Shown piece after piece: positions 48,150-58,197 of a DNA stretch of 64,000 nt. The first letter of the stretch is position 1, and each line of letters starts with the position of its first letter. Both the position numbers and the translations under genes were made by a program. The stretch is from the IMG/VR virus record IMGVR_UViG_3300032319_001025, positions 1 to 64,000 of that record; one strand, 5' to 3'. The stretch comes from a virus. Taxonomy: Duplodnaviria; Caudoviricetes. Below the pieces are notes generated by a model. That model saw nothing but the letters and a program-made list of their open reading frames with translations, searched no databases and was not told where the DNA came from.

Positions 48150-50960
48150 ATGGCTCAATCATATACTACAGATAGCGGAATAACATTAAAGATTCCAGGT
48201 ACTTATGTAGAACAACAAGTCCGTTCAAATCAAGGCGGGGTTGCTACTGCTGGAATCGTCACCCTAATTGGTGAAGCTAACGAAGGTCCAGATTATACTC
48301 AAGAATCAGATTTAGATGCAAATTTATTTTCTCCTAGTGACATCGCCTCTGTCATAGTTAAATACGGTTCTGGACGAATTGTAGATGCTTTTAGAGCTAT
48401 TGTAGCCGCAGCTAATGATCCAGCTATTGTAGGTTCTGTTTCTGGTGTTAAAATTGTAAAAGTTAATGCTTCTTCTACTGCTGAAGCTATGTTGGCTCGA
48501 GCTGGTTTTGGTGATTATGCCACAATGTCGGCAAGAAGAGCTGGTGCCCCTGGAAACTTGATTAAATATTTAAATAGCGTAGCAACCGCTGAATTAGCAC
48601 CAACAACAGGTGCATTTTCTTATGTTCCGCATTATAGCGCATCGGCTGTTTCATTTAATTTAAGACAGAACGGATCTGCAGTAGACTCAAATTCTATCGC
48701 TAGTTTAACCGATGGACCTACCTTTGCCTCAACTATTGAAAACATTGCTTTAGGTACTCTGGCTTCTGGCGGAACCCTTAAAAAACCTTTAACTAGCTCT
48801 GTAGGTAACATCTCAGTTGCTGTAGTTGATGCCGGAACAAGTTTAATCGCCATTACAATGCCTGGTTCTATCGCTTCGGCAAATTTACCTTCGGTCGGAG
48901 ATTCTCTAGTTATCCCAAAAACTGGTGATTTTGGTGCCGCTGCTGATTCCGATATTATCGGTGCTGCTGATGCTAACAGAGGCGCATACATAGTTACTGA
49001 CGTTGTTAACGGAACCACAACTGCTATTATTACGGCAAAAAGATTAAACGCACCTTCAGGTGCTCCATCTGTAGCTGCAGTATTAGCTACTCCAATTTCT
49101 TCTGATGAATCGGTTCTTTGCTACACTCAAGTAGAAGTTAAAAATATTACTGGAATGGATAGACAATCTACCGTTGGATTATCTGGCGTGACATTCAATA
49201 CTACATCTAATTCTAACGGCACTTTTGTAATGTCGTTGAGCACTTCTTGGGCAGCTCAACCAAAAGCTGGTGATTATGTTAAAGTAGCTTCCCCGTTTGC
49301 TGGAGTTGCTGCTGGTCTTTATCAGGTAACAACATCTACTTCAAGTTCTTTTACTTGTTCCAGACTTTCAAACGGTTCTTCTGGAGCAACAGGTTCTCAA
49401 TTAGTTGCTGGTCCAATTTCTCAAGGTGCTCAACCTTTTACTGTTTTAAAACCTGCAATTGACGGTTTAGGTAAGAGCATGGAAATTGTTTCCGAGCCTT
49501 CATCGATTTGTAAAAACCCTGCTACTGGTGCTGCAGCTGCTTTTGCTACAGGAAAACCTCTGCTAGTTTCTGGTGCAGAATATAAAGTTTCTACTACTAT
49601 TAGCCGTAGCAACACTACAGATACTTTTAAATCTGGCGGAAGCGTAATTGCAAGCTTTGGTTGCATTGAAGAACTAGCTGATATGGTAGTAGGTTCTTCA
49701 GATATTAAATTTAGAATTAATGGTTCAGAAATCTTTGCTTGTGCTTACGATCAATTCCCAACAATAAAAGATGTTGTTGATTTTGCTAACAGCCAAACAG
49801 GATTTTCTGGCGCAGTTACTACTTCTAGCTTTAATTTAACTGCTTCTAGCAGCTTGGATAGAGGCACATTTAAATTAAGCGCATCGTCGGCTTCTTCTAA
49901 GCCAGCTCGAGTTAAAAAGGATGCGATTGAATTTCAAACAAATGCGAGCGGCGGCTCTTTAGCAACCGTTTCTTTGGCTGGAGTTCAATCTGGTCTTCCA
50001 GAAGCTATGGATTTAGCACAGTTTTTAACTGGTGGAGCTAAAGGCGGTAGCACTGGAGCTAATTGGGTATCAGCAATTGATGCATGCCAAGGAGTTATTA
50101 CAAACTTCATGGTTCCGTTGATCAGTAAAGATGCATCTGCCGATATTTTAACTGGAGATACAGAATCAACTTCTACCTATACAGTTGATGCTGTCAATGC
50201 TTATTTAAAATCTCATGTTGTTGACATGAGTTCTTTAAAAGCTCGTAAAAATCGTTCAGCTATTGTTTCAAAAAGCGGCACTTATGAAGAACAAAAGCAA
50301 GCTGCTTCATCTTTAGCAAGCTATAGAGTGTCAATGGCTTTCCAAGATGTTAAAGCTATAAGCGGAAGCGGTACAATCGTCCAATATCAACCTTGGATGG
50401 CTGCAATTATCGCTGCAGGAATGCAAGCTGCTGCTGGATACAGAGGTATCGTTAAAAAGTTTGCTAACATTAGCGGTATCGTTAAACCCGAAAAAGACTT
50501 TGACACTAAAATACCTTCTAACCTAGAAGATGCTTTAACTGCAGGTCTTTTAATTCTTGAGCCAGTTCAAACTGGTGGATTTAGATGGGTTTCAGACCAA
50601 ACAACTTATTCTGCTGATAATAATTTTGTGTACAACAGTCTACAAGCTGTTTATATCGCAGATATTATGGCTCTTACATTAATTCAAAATTTTGATAGAG
50701 CTATTGTTGGTAAGTCTGTCGCTGAAATTAGTGCTCAAATTGCATTAGTTTTCTTAGAAAGCGAAATGTTTAACTTCTTAAGATTAAAATTCATAGCTCC
50801 ATCTGATGATGCTCCAAAAGGCTATAAAAATGCCAAAGTTACACTTAAAGGTGGAGTAATGAGCATATATCTAGAAGCTAAGCTAGCTGGACTAATTTAT
50901 TTCGTGCCTATACAGTTCGAAATCAGTCAAGTTGAACAAACAGCTACACAAGCTCAATAA
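48150..50960 (+). CDS. Contractile tail sheath protein
   Basis: IPGTYVE N-terminus, LIGEANEGP, ARRAGAPGN, and a sheath-like C-terminus (FRWVSDQTTY, IYFVPIQFEI); 936 aa. Confidence 0.88.
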   Translation: MAQSYTTDSGITLKIPGTYVEQQVRSNQGGVATAGIVTLIGEANEGPDYTQESDLDANLFSPSDIASVIVKYGSGRIVDAFRAIVAAANDPAIVGSVSGVKIVKVNASSTAEAMLARAGFGDYATMSARRAGAPGNLIKYLNSVATAELAPTTGAFSYVPHYSASAVSFNLRQNGSAVDSNSIASLTDGPTFASTIENIALGTLASGGTLKKPLTSSVGNISVAVVDAGTSLIAITMPGSIASANLPSVGDSLVIPKTGDFGAAADSDIIGAADANRGAYIVTDVVNGTTTAIITAKRLNAPSGAPSVAAVLATPISSDESVLCYTQVEVKNITGMDRQSTVGLSGVTFNTTSNSNGTFVMSLSTSWAAQPKAGDYVKVASPFAGVAAGLYQVTTSTSSSFTCSRLSNGSSGATGSQLVAGPISQGAQPFTVLKPAIDGLGKSMEIVSEPSSICKNPATGAAAAFATGKPLLVSGAEYKVSTTISRSNTTDTFKSGGSVIASFGCIEELADMVVGSSDIKFRINGSEIFACAYDQFPTIKDVVDFANSQTGFSGAVTTSSFNLTASSSLDRGTFKLSASSASSKPARVKKDAIEFQTNASGGSLATVSLAGVQSGLPEAMDLAQFLTGGAKGGSTGANWVSAIDACQGVITNFMVPLISKDASADILTGDTESTSTYTVDAVNAYLKSHVVDMSSLKARKNRSAIVSKSGTYEEQKQAASSLASYRVSMAFQDVKAISGSGTIVQYQPWMAAIIAAGMQAAAGYRGIVKKFANISGIVKPEKDFDTKIPSNLEDALTAGLLILEPVQTGGFRWVSDQTTYSADNNFVYNSLQAVYIADIMALTLIQNFDRAIVGKSVAEISAQIALVFLESEMFNFLRLKFIAPSDDAPKGYKNAKVTLKGGVMSIYLEAKLAGLIYFVPIQFEISQVEQTATQAQ

Positions 50961-50976
50961 AATCAACTATTTATAT

Positions 50977-51008
50977 AAAACGCAAGATTTTATATCTTGC
51001 GTTTTTTT
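50977..51008 (+). terminator. Intrinsic terminator
   Basis: AAAACGCAAGAT...ATCTTGCGTTTTTTT. Confidence 0.8.
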
Positions 51009-51052
51009 ATTGCTTTTTATTCATAAGTGTGTATAATAACTATATGTAATTT

Positions 51053-52480
51053 ATGAAAAAAAGTAAAAAATCAATTTTAATTTCTCAAAAAAAAACTTGG
51101 CCAGCTGAAAAAACTCTTCAAAAGATCCAAGAAAAATACCCTGAAATTATCTCAATAGATAAATCTACTTACATTAATACAAAATTTAAAGCTCTTTTTA
51201 CAGATAAAGATTTTGGCGATTTTTGGGCAACCCCTAACAGACTTTTAAAAGGTGGTAAACATCCGAGCAGGTCTTATAAAAATATGCAAATTTCTTTAGA
51301 AGAAATTAAAAAAAGACTTCCACCAGAAGTGACAATAATTGAAAATACATATTTAGGCACTAAAAAAGTAGCTACTTTTATAGATAAAGATTATGGAGAG
51401 TTTACAAAAATAGTTGAATATGTTTTAGTATCTAGATATCCTCACCCCAAAAGATTATCAGACAAAAAAAAGAAGCACAAACTAATTCATCCAGATGAAA
51501 TTCAATCCAGATTGGATTCCATGGGAGCAGGTATAAAAATCAAAAAAGAAACCTATACTAAAATGCATTCACGTGCCATTTTTATTGACCCTAAGTTTGG
51601 TGAATGGGAAGCATTACCTTACAATGTTATTTTCAATCAAACTCGTCACCCAAAACATAAAAATAATCCTTTAATAGAGCAAAAGATATGCGATTTTTTA
51701 AAATTAAAAAATATAAATTTTAAGAGGAACCAAAAAATAATAAAAAAAGATGGTTATCCATTAGAAATAGATGTTTACCTGCCAGACTACAATATTGGAA
51801 TAGAAACAAACGGTCTGTATTGGCATTGTGAATTAAAAAAAGGTAAATATTTTCATAAAGAAAAACATGAACTAGCAGAATCTCAAGGTATCAAGCTAAT
51901 ATCTTTTTTTGAAGATGAAATTAATTTTAAATTTGATTTAATCTGTTCAATTTTATCTAGTAAGCTCAATATAATTGAAAACAAAATTAATGCTAGAAAT
52001 TGTGAAATTGTTAAAGTTAACTTTAAGGAAGCTAAAGTTTTTTGCAACGAAAATCATTTAATGGGGTTTAGAAGTTCTTTTTTAAATATCGGCCTTAAAA
52101 AAGACGGTAAACTAGTACAATTAATCACTTTTGGAAAAAACAAAAAATATGGCGTTGAATTAGTAAGATTTTGCACTGTAAAAAATTCATCTGTTGTGGG
52201 TGGGTTTTCTAAATTAATAAAATATGCCCAAATTAAACTTAAAGAGCTAGGATACAATTCAATTATGTCTTATGCAGATAAAAGAATAAGCAATGGTCAG
52301 GTTTATATAAAAAATGACTTTAAATTGGACGGTATTACTCCGCCAGATATGTTTTGGACAGATAAAGAGGTTAGGCTATCAAGAAGGGCATCCTGGGGCA
52401 AAAAAGACGATCAAATGAGGCTGGAGGGTTACCATAAGATATTTGGCCCTGGTCATTATAGATTTATTAAATATATTTAG
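51053..52480 (+). CDS. Free-standing homing-endonuclease-like protein (PD-(D/E)xK type)
   Basis: Three N-terminal D..FG.F...HP repeats; LEIDVYLPDYNIGIETNGLYWH; own TTGCTT-N16-TATAAT promoter at 51010-51037. Confidence 0.75.
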   Translation: MKKSKKSILISQKKTWPAEKTLQKIQEKYPEIISIDKSTYINTKFKALFTDKDFGDFWATPNRLLKGGKHPSRSYKNMQISLEEIKKRLPPEVTIIENTYLGTKKVATFIDKDYGEFTKIVEYVLVSRYPHPKRLSDKKKKHKLIHPDEIQSRLDSMGAGIKIKKETYTKMHSRAIFIDPKFGEWEALPYNVIFNQTRHPKHKNNPLIEQKICDFLKLKNINFKRNQKIIKKDGYPLEIDVYLPDYNIGIETNGLYWHCELKKGKYFHKEKHELAESQGIKLISFFEDEINFKFDLICSILSSKLNIIENKINARNCEIVKVNFKEAKVFCNENHLMGFRSSFLNIGLKKDGKLVQLITFGKNKKYGVELVRFCTVKNSSVVGGFSKLIKYAQIKLKELGYNSIMSYADKRISNGQVYIKNDFKLDGITPPDMFWTDKEVRLSRRASWGKKDDQMRLEGYHKIFGPGHYRFIKYI

Positions 52481-52483
52481 TAC

Positions 52484-52512
52484 TTGCCTTAAAAATACCA
52501 TACCTGTATAAT
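52484..52512 (+). promoter_or_regulatory. Sigma70-like promoter
   Basis: TTGCCT-N17-TATAAT. Confidence 0.55.
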
Positions 52513-52630
52513 TACATAATGAACAGCGACAAGTTAGAATCATTAATTTGGCTTTTAGTGGTTTTATTTATAGGCTTATATTTAAGCGTAGATAAACTAA
52601 TGAAAGTCTTTAATTTTTAGAGAAACAAAA

Positions 52631-52831
52631 ATGTGTATTATTTGTCTCGAATATAAAAAAGGTCTTTTAAACAAAGAAGAAGCGAAACGCAACGTTGGAG
52701 AACTCATAGACGCTACCCTAGAAGATATTGTATCCAAAAGAGAAGATAGAATGAGTGAAGAAGAGTTTCATCATTTGCTTGAATTAGCTGATGAACTTAT
52801 GGGAAGAGACCCAAATTCGGACATGGATTAA
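52631..52831 (+). CDS. Hypothetical protein
   Basis: Starts MCIIC; operonic. Confidence 0.6.
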   Translation: MCIICLEYKKGLLNKEEAKRNVGELIDATLEDIVSKREDRMSEEEFHHLLELADELMGRDPNSDMD

Positions 52832-53305
52832 ATGAATAAATTTTTTGTATTAATCTTATTAATAACATCTGGATGCTCTAGCCTTGTCAGAAGCGGACCA
52901 GCTACTATTAATTTTAATAGCTCTGTAGATGGTTTATTGGAACCTCAAATTACAGATTTTATATTAGAATTAAACAGTAATCTAAATAAAGATGCTTTTA
53001 GATTTGGTAGAACTATTTCTGGAAGAAAAATTATAATAAGCTATACGGATAAGCAAAATGGAAGAATAGCGGGTTTTGCTAGATCATCTGCACCATACTG
53101 CGAAGTTACTATTTATCCAACGGCTATAAAAAGCGATATACTTAAAACAACTGTATGGCATGAGTTAGGTCATTGCGTTGGCTTACATCATAATGGAGTT
53201 AGCGGAGAAATAATGTCAGAAATTGCTTTACCGTTTAAAGTTTATAAAGAAGATAAAATAGATAGATTTTTAAAAGATTTTAACAAGGCTGTAGAAGACT
53301 TGTAG
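52832..53305 (+). CDS. Matrixin-like metzincin lipoprotein
   Basis: Lipobox ITSGC; HELGHCVGLHH and Met-turn EIMS. Confidence 0.8.
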   Translation: MNKFFVLILLITSGCSSLVRSGPATINFNSSVDGLLEPQITDFILELNSNLNKDAFRFGRTISGRKIIISYTDKQNGRIAGFARSSAPYCEVTIYPTAIKSDILKTTVWHELGHCVGLHHNGVSGEIMSEIALPFKVYKEDKIDRFLKDFNKAVEDL

Positions 53306-53529
53306 TAAATAGTTGCTATTTAGAATAAATAGCTGGTGAGCCGCCCCTAAAGGAATAAAATGATGTTACGTTCAGCCATATTTTTAATATGTATGTCAGG
53401 TTTGTTAATGTCATTTAAAACCTGCTTTGCTTTTAAGCAGTGCAATACTGGAAGCTTATTGGTAATTTCTTTAGCTTATACAAGCCTTTTATATATATAC
53501 TTGCCTAAGAACGGTCGAAAAAAATAATA

Positions 53530-53904
53530 TTAGTTTTGAAGAAGTTCTTTTAAAACAGAAGCCCTGTTCTTTTTATCTAGAGTTTTGATAAACAAATTAA
53601 TAGTTTCATTTAGTTTGGGGATTTTATTGCTAGTTTGAGCTAATCTAATTAACATCTCTGTTTTTGTTGGCATATCTGTCGTTTTTAAATATGACCTTAA
53701 ATCATCTTGAGCTTCTAATTTGCACCCATGTTTATCAGCAAATAAAATAAACAATTCATTTTTATCTTTTTTGCTAACTGAAGATAGGTTTTCTTCTAAA
53801 ATAACTTTGTCATTTTCATAGTTATTATCAGATTGTACGCAATAAGAAAATGTTTTTGCGGAAATTAATAAAGGTAATATTAATGTTAAAAGTTTTTTAT
53901 TCAT
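53530..53904 (-). CDS. Secreted hypothetical protein
   Basis: Signal-peptide-like N-terminus. Confidence 0.55.
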   Translation of the reverse strand: MNKKLLTLILPLLISAKTFSYCVQSDNNYENDKVILEENLSSVSKKDKNELFILFADKHGCKLEAQDDLRSYLKTTDMPTKTEMLIRLAQTSNKIPKLNETINLFIKTLDKKNRASVLKELLQN

Positions 53905-53912
53905 AATTTGCC

Positions 53913-54218
53913 CTAGTCATTAACTATAGAATAGCCATATAATTTTTTAGCATACTCTAATTCTTTATTAAATTCCATAGAAACTTTAAATAGCCTACCT
54001 TTAGGGCATCTGTCAAAGTAATCCATATTTCCTATAAAAGCAGATCCAGTTGCATCGTTTTCATCTTTGAATTTTAAATGTACTGGCCTATCTAAAGGTG
54101 ATAGCTTCTCTTTGATCTGATCAAGAGAAAACCATCCGTCTTTGCACTCACATGAATATGATACAGACACAAATAATACCTCTTCTTTCATTTCTTTTCC
54201 GCAATCAGTACATTTCAT
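53913..54218 (-). CDS. Hypothetical zinc-ribbon protein
   Basis: CTDC...CEC. Confidence 0.55.
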   Translation of the reverse strand: MKCTDCGKEMKEEVLFVSVSYSCECKDGWFSLDQIKEKLSPLDRPVHLKFKDENDATGSAFIGNMDYFDRCPKGRLFKVSMEFNKELEYAKKLYGYSIVND

Positions 54219-54222
54219 ATTA

Positions 54223-54429
54223 TTATGTATTTTTAACTATAATTAAATCGTTTTCTTTGCCTACAATTTCAGGCATATACACAAAACAAAGCTCGTCAAA
54301 ATGCTGCTTACACATTAAAAGGTGCCCTGAATTTTTTTTTGGATACCATTTATGAGTTATTTTTTCCTTACACTCTTTTCGGTAGCATTTTAAACTAACT
54401 TTATTTTTTGGTTTTTCTTTTAAACTCAT
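54223..54429 (-). CDS. Small Cys/His protein
   Basis: C..C...CKQH. Confidence 0.5.
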   Translation of the reverse strand: MSLKEKPKNKVSLKCYRKECKEKITHKWYPKKNSGHLLMCKQHFDELCFVYMPEIVGKENDLIIVKNT

Positions 54430-54882
54430 AATAGCATCTTTTTGTTATCCAAATAAAACCAATATTAAAAAGTATTAAAATCTTACATCCACAGAAACAA
54501 CTGATAAACTTATAATGTAAAAAATAAACTTCATCTAAATTGGGAAATTCCCATATTCGTTTTATATGTAATCTCCCAATCCACATTTTACTTAACTTTT
54601 TTACTTTTTTTAACTTTAACTTTTTTAATATATTTACTCGCAACAGATTTCATTACTATTTCAATCCAATCATTAGGGGCTTCTTGATAAAGATCTCCTA
54701 GTGCAAGTTTAAATCTTTCAATCGCATACTTTCTTCTGTAAAGTTCGCTCATTCCATCTGACATCGTTTTCTCCTTAAATTATTGAATTTATTGGTGGCT
54801 TAAACTTATAAAATCATTATCTCACACGCATGCAATTTTAGTCAATCTGGTTTTTAAATTTTCTATGTTAATCTTATAATCT

Positions 54883-55716
54883 ATGGCTGATGATTTTTAC
54901 AAAGCTAGAACTGCCGAAGAATGCTTTAAAGTTTTAGGAATTAAACCTACCCAGGATTTAAAAGAAATTAAAAAAGCTTATAGAGAGCTTGCTAAAAAAT
55001 ATCACCCAGATGTTAATCCTACAGAAAAAAACAAGTTTTACGAAGTTCACTGGGCATACGAAATGCTTACTAATTTTGATTTTAAGCAAAAACAAATCAG
55101 AGATTTTACAAACCTTAATGTAAACATATACTTCACTATAACTTTTGAAGAGGGTTTTTTCGGAAAAGAACTAGCTCTTAACATGAATCCTAGCATGATG
55201 AAATTAGATAAATCGGATGGAACTAGTGAAATTTTAATTGAAAAATTCAATTTTACAGTAGATCCAGGCACATCTGGCAACAAAACTTACACTTTTAAAG
55301 GTAAGGGTATTAAAAAAGGTAGTGATATTGGTAGTTTATTTATTAATTTAGCAGTTAACCCACATCCTAACTACAGAATAGAGGGACCAGATGTTTATTC
55401 TGTAGCTAAAGTACCCCTAATAAAAATGATTAAAGGGGGCAAGGAAGAGGTTATGACCCTGTATGGCATAAGAACCATTAAAATACCCGCAGGAACTAAT
55501 CCTGGAGAGCTTATAGCGGTTAAAAAGTGTGGTGTATCTAAGGTCGGTAAACATTATTTTGAAATACAACCTGTTTTTCCAGGCAGAGAGGGTATGCAGT
55601 CTGACAACCAATGGAACGCATTAAATATTGACTGGAATTTAGACGCTGAATCAGAGGAAGACGCTGAACTTAATAGCTTAAAAAACATATTTGAAGATAG
55701 AAATAAACCTAAATAG
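54883..55716 (+). CDS. DnaJ-family (CbpA-like, no zinc finger) co-chaperone
   Basis: J domain KKAYRELAKKYHPD plus a DnaJ C-terminal domain; late-motif variant GTTAATCTT at 54867-54875. Confidence 0.85.
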   Translation: MADDFYKARTAEECFKVLGIKPTQDLKEIKKAYRELAKKYHPDVNPTEKNKFYEVHWAYEMLTNFDFKQKQIRDFTNLNVNIYFTITFEEGFFGKELALNMNPSMMKLDKSDGTSEILIEKFNFTVDPGTSGNKTYTFKGKGIKKGSDIGSLFINLAVNPHPNYRIEGPDVYSVAKVPLIKMIKGGKEEVMTLYGIRTIKIPAGTNPGELIAVKKCGVSKVGKHYFEIQPVFPGREGMQSDNQWNALNIDWNLDAESEEDAELNSLKNIFEDRNKPK

Positions 55717-55742
55717 TTGTAATTATTATATTATTTAAATAA

Positions 55743-55752
55743 TCTTAATCTT
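55743..55752 (+). promoter_or_regulatory. Putative late promoter TCTTAATCTT
   Basis: Upstream of 55768. Confidence 0.7.
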
Positions 55753-55767
55753 TAATTAGAGATACAT

Positions 55768-56490
55768 ATGTCTAAATCATTGATAGAACAAGCAAAAGAA
55801 CTTTTAAAGCAACTAGAGCAAGACCCGTCTGCCTTGAATAAATTTGAAAAAGACGCTTATTTTCAAGAATTAAAAAAAGCTAAAATTTACGATTTTAAAA
55901 CCAAAAAAAAGATAGCTGAATTACCAACTAATTCAACTTCAAAAGAAGCGCAGCCGATTGTTCGAGAAGGCGAAAAAGGTATAACAAACAGAAAACATTT
56001 AAGAGAGAAATATTCTCCAGATATCATGCCAGAAAAACAAAATGTTCCAGGCGGAGAAGAAGTGACTAAAGCAGAAAAATCTAAAAAACCTTTTCACGGA
56101 TATAATCCTAAAAAACACGCTAAAACTGGCGGGCTAAACGATAAATACAGGAAGAAATTAAATAGAGAAACTGGATCAAAATTAAAAAGACCCAGCAAAG
56201 ATAAAAAAAATTCGAGACATAAATCTTTTTGCGCCAGAATGAAAGGCGTTAAAGGACCTACTTCTAAAGAAGGGAAGCTTACCCCTAAAGGAGCGGCGCT
56301 TAAACGCTGGAATTGCTCTAAAAATGAACACACTGACGAAAAAATGTGCAAAAAAGATAGATGCTGGAAAGGTTATGAACCAACACCAGGCAAAAAACCT
56401 TATGAAAAAGGTTCTTGTAGGCCGATTAAAAAATCGCATGAATATTATTACAATTTAGTTAAATCTGTTTTGGAAAAAAACTATAATTAG
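55768..56490 (+). CDS. Basic putative internal head protein
   Basis: RHKSFCARM...LKRWNC and CWKGY..GSC motifs; both termini paralogous to 45863..47845. Confidence 0.7.
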   Translation: MSKSLIEQAKELLKQLEQDPSALNKFEKDAYFQELKKAKIYDFKTKKKIAELPTNSTSKEAQPIVREGEKGITNRKHLREKYSPDIMPEKQNVPGGEEVTKAEKSKKPFHGYNPKKHAKTGGLNDKYRKKLNRETGSKLKRPSKDKKNSRHKSFCARMKGVKGPTSKEGKLTPKGAALKRWNCSKNEHTDEKMCKKDRCWKGYEPTPGKKPYEKGSCRPIKKSHEYYYNLVKSVLEKNYN

Positions 56491-56634
56491 ATATACAATT
56501 ATGTCTAATTCAATATATAGAAGCCCTAAATATAGCTTGAAAGATTTTTTAAATGAAAACAAAACAGCATAGTTAACACTTAACTATTTAATTTTATTAA
56601 GTTTTTTAATAGTAAAAATAAGACGTTCAAACTG

Positions 56635-56644
56635 TCTTAATCTT
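56635..56644 (+). promoter_or_regulatory. Putative late promoter TCTTAATCTT
   Basis: Upstream of the tube gene. Confidence 0.75.
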
Positions 56645-56671
56645 GTATGTAATACTTTTTAGGAGAAGAAA

Positions 56672-57133
56672 ATGGCAAAAGCTAAAATAATGACTGGGGC
56701 GCGGGCCAAAGTTCTTATTAATAATCAAGAGGTTGGCCTATTCACTAATTGTACCTGGTCCATGACTCAAGGTAAAGTTCCAGCGTTTATTCTTGGAAGA
56801 TTTAGTCCAGTTGAAATTACTCCAATTGACCAAGATGCCGTTCGTTTAAGCCTTTCTGGATTTAGAGTTGTAGGCTCTGGTCCATACGCCGTAGCAAGCG
56901 CTACTCAGCTTAAAGATTTACTTAATGAAGAAGACTTTGCTGTAGCTATTGTTGATAGACAATCAGGCGAAAGAATTTTTACTGCAGTTGGTTGTAGGGT
57001 TCTTGGATGGTCTTCGGGGGTTTCTTCAAGAGGGATATCTGATGTTAGATTAGATATTATGGGCCTTAAGGGTGAGGACGAAACTAGCAGCAAAAACGGT
57101 GGCGATGACGAGCCAGGAGCAGCTAGCTTTTAA
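56672..57133 (+). CDS. Tail tube protein
   Basis: 153 aa; MTGARAKV, ILGRFSPVEI and IVDRQSG motifs; strong RBS; downstream of the sheath. Confidence 0.75.
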   Translation: MAKAKIMTGARAKVLINNQEVGLFTNCTWSMTQGKVPAFILGRFSPVEITPIDQDAVRLSLSGFRVVGSGPYAVASATQLKDLLNEEDFAVAIVDRQSGERIFTAVGCRVLGWSSGVSSRGISDVRLDIMGLKGEDETSSKNGGDDEPGAASF

Positions 57134-57161
57134 TATTTAAAATTTTGCAGACCTCTTGCCG

Positions 57162-57204
57162 AACCCTTGGTAGAATAGATTATCCCTATTTAACCAGGGG
57201 TTTT
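57162..57204. terminator. Hairpin between convergent genes
   Basis: ACCCTTGGT...ACCAGGGGT followed by a T run. Confidence 0.6.
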
Positions 57205-57210
57205 GTATTT

Positions 57211-57525
57211 TTACCAATCCAAAGATATGCTTATCAAGTTACTGGTAACAATACCAATTCCAGTAGAAATTAGATTGTTTTTAGAAGGTTTCTCACTTAA
57301 AAGTTCAGAAGTTATTGCTGGACCTAAAATTAAAACGTTGCTTACAAAAATTCTTCCATTAGTACCTAAACCTATTTCCGACAGCCCTCTAGACATTGCT
57401 TGAGATATGAAAATAGTTGTAGCTATTCTTAATTTTTGATTGTTTGTAAAAGAATATGGTTCATCAGCTTTTAAAGTGGTTGAACCAATGAAAAATGCAA
57501 TTAAAAATAATACAATTTTATTCAT
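57211..57525 (-). CDS. Membrane hypothetical protein
   Basis: Signal peptide and hydrophobic segments. Confidence 0.55.
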   Translation of the reverse strand: MNKIVLFLIAFFIGSTTLKADEPYSFTNNQKLRIATTIFISQAMSRGLSEIGLGTNGRIFVSNVLILGPAITSELLSEKPSKNNLISTGIGIVTSNLISISLDW

Positions 57526-57847
57526 CTTTTTTAACTTTATAAAAATTAATCACATTGTTTGGTTTTTCTGAATCTTCCCCGTCTTCATCATCCTCTGGTT
57601 CAAATTTCTCAGAACTTTCTTTAAGTTCGGTCATACCAGCTATGTTTACATATGGTATGTACATATTAAAAGAATTATAATTTCCGTTTTTGTCTTTAAA
57701 AAAAGTTTTTAAAAAATAAAAATTATCACCGATTTCAACGATTCTTGCCATTATTCCAGCAAAAGAAAGCTCGTAATCAACTGGACTAATAATGGGTGTA
57801 TAAAAAGTTATAAGGTGATATTTTTTTTCTCGCTTTTTTTGAGACAT
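57518..57847 (-). CDS. Hypothetical protein
   Basis: Operonic ORF with acidic tail. Confidence 0.6.
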   Translation of the reverse strand: MSQKKREKKYHLITFYTPIISPVDYELSFAGIMARIVEIGDNFYFLKTFFKDKNGNYNSFNMYIPYVNIAGMTELKESSEKFEPEDDEDGEDSEKPNNVINFYKVKKDE

Positions 57848-57910
57848 ATAGGGCCTTTCGACTTAAGGTGCCAGGATATAAATCCTATGTTGGCACCTTA
57901 AGTCTTTGGT

Positions 57911-58150
57911 TTAAGCTTTTAAAAAATAAACTAAACCGTGAATTGCTAAAGTCATTATCGCCAAATCTGCTACGACAGAAACGATAAAAAACATACTGTA
58001 CATAGTTTTTTTAAAAGTTCCTTTGGTTTTAATTAAAAATTTAAAAAGTTCAACAGATTTTGGAACTACGGCAAAAAAATACATTACTAACAATATTCCA
58101 GTGACCGCAACAAGTTGATGTTGAGCTATTATATCTGATAATGATTTCAT
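57911..58150 (-). CDS. Two-TM membrane protein
   Basis: GGAG RBS; two hydrophobic segments. Confidence 0.6.
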   Translation of the reverse strand: MKSLSDIIAQHQLVAVTGILLVMYFFAVVPKSVELFKFLIKTKGTFKKTMYSMFFIVSVVADLAIMTLAIHGLVYFLKA

Positions 58151-58197
58151 ATTTGCTCCATTGTTCTATTTTACCAGTACAAATAAAATAAAACAAT

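Noticed and set aside
51053-52480. Intron- or intein-encoded endonuclease within the sheath gene
   Set aside because: The sheath ends with a stop and terminator, and the endonuclease has its own promoter.
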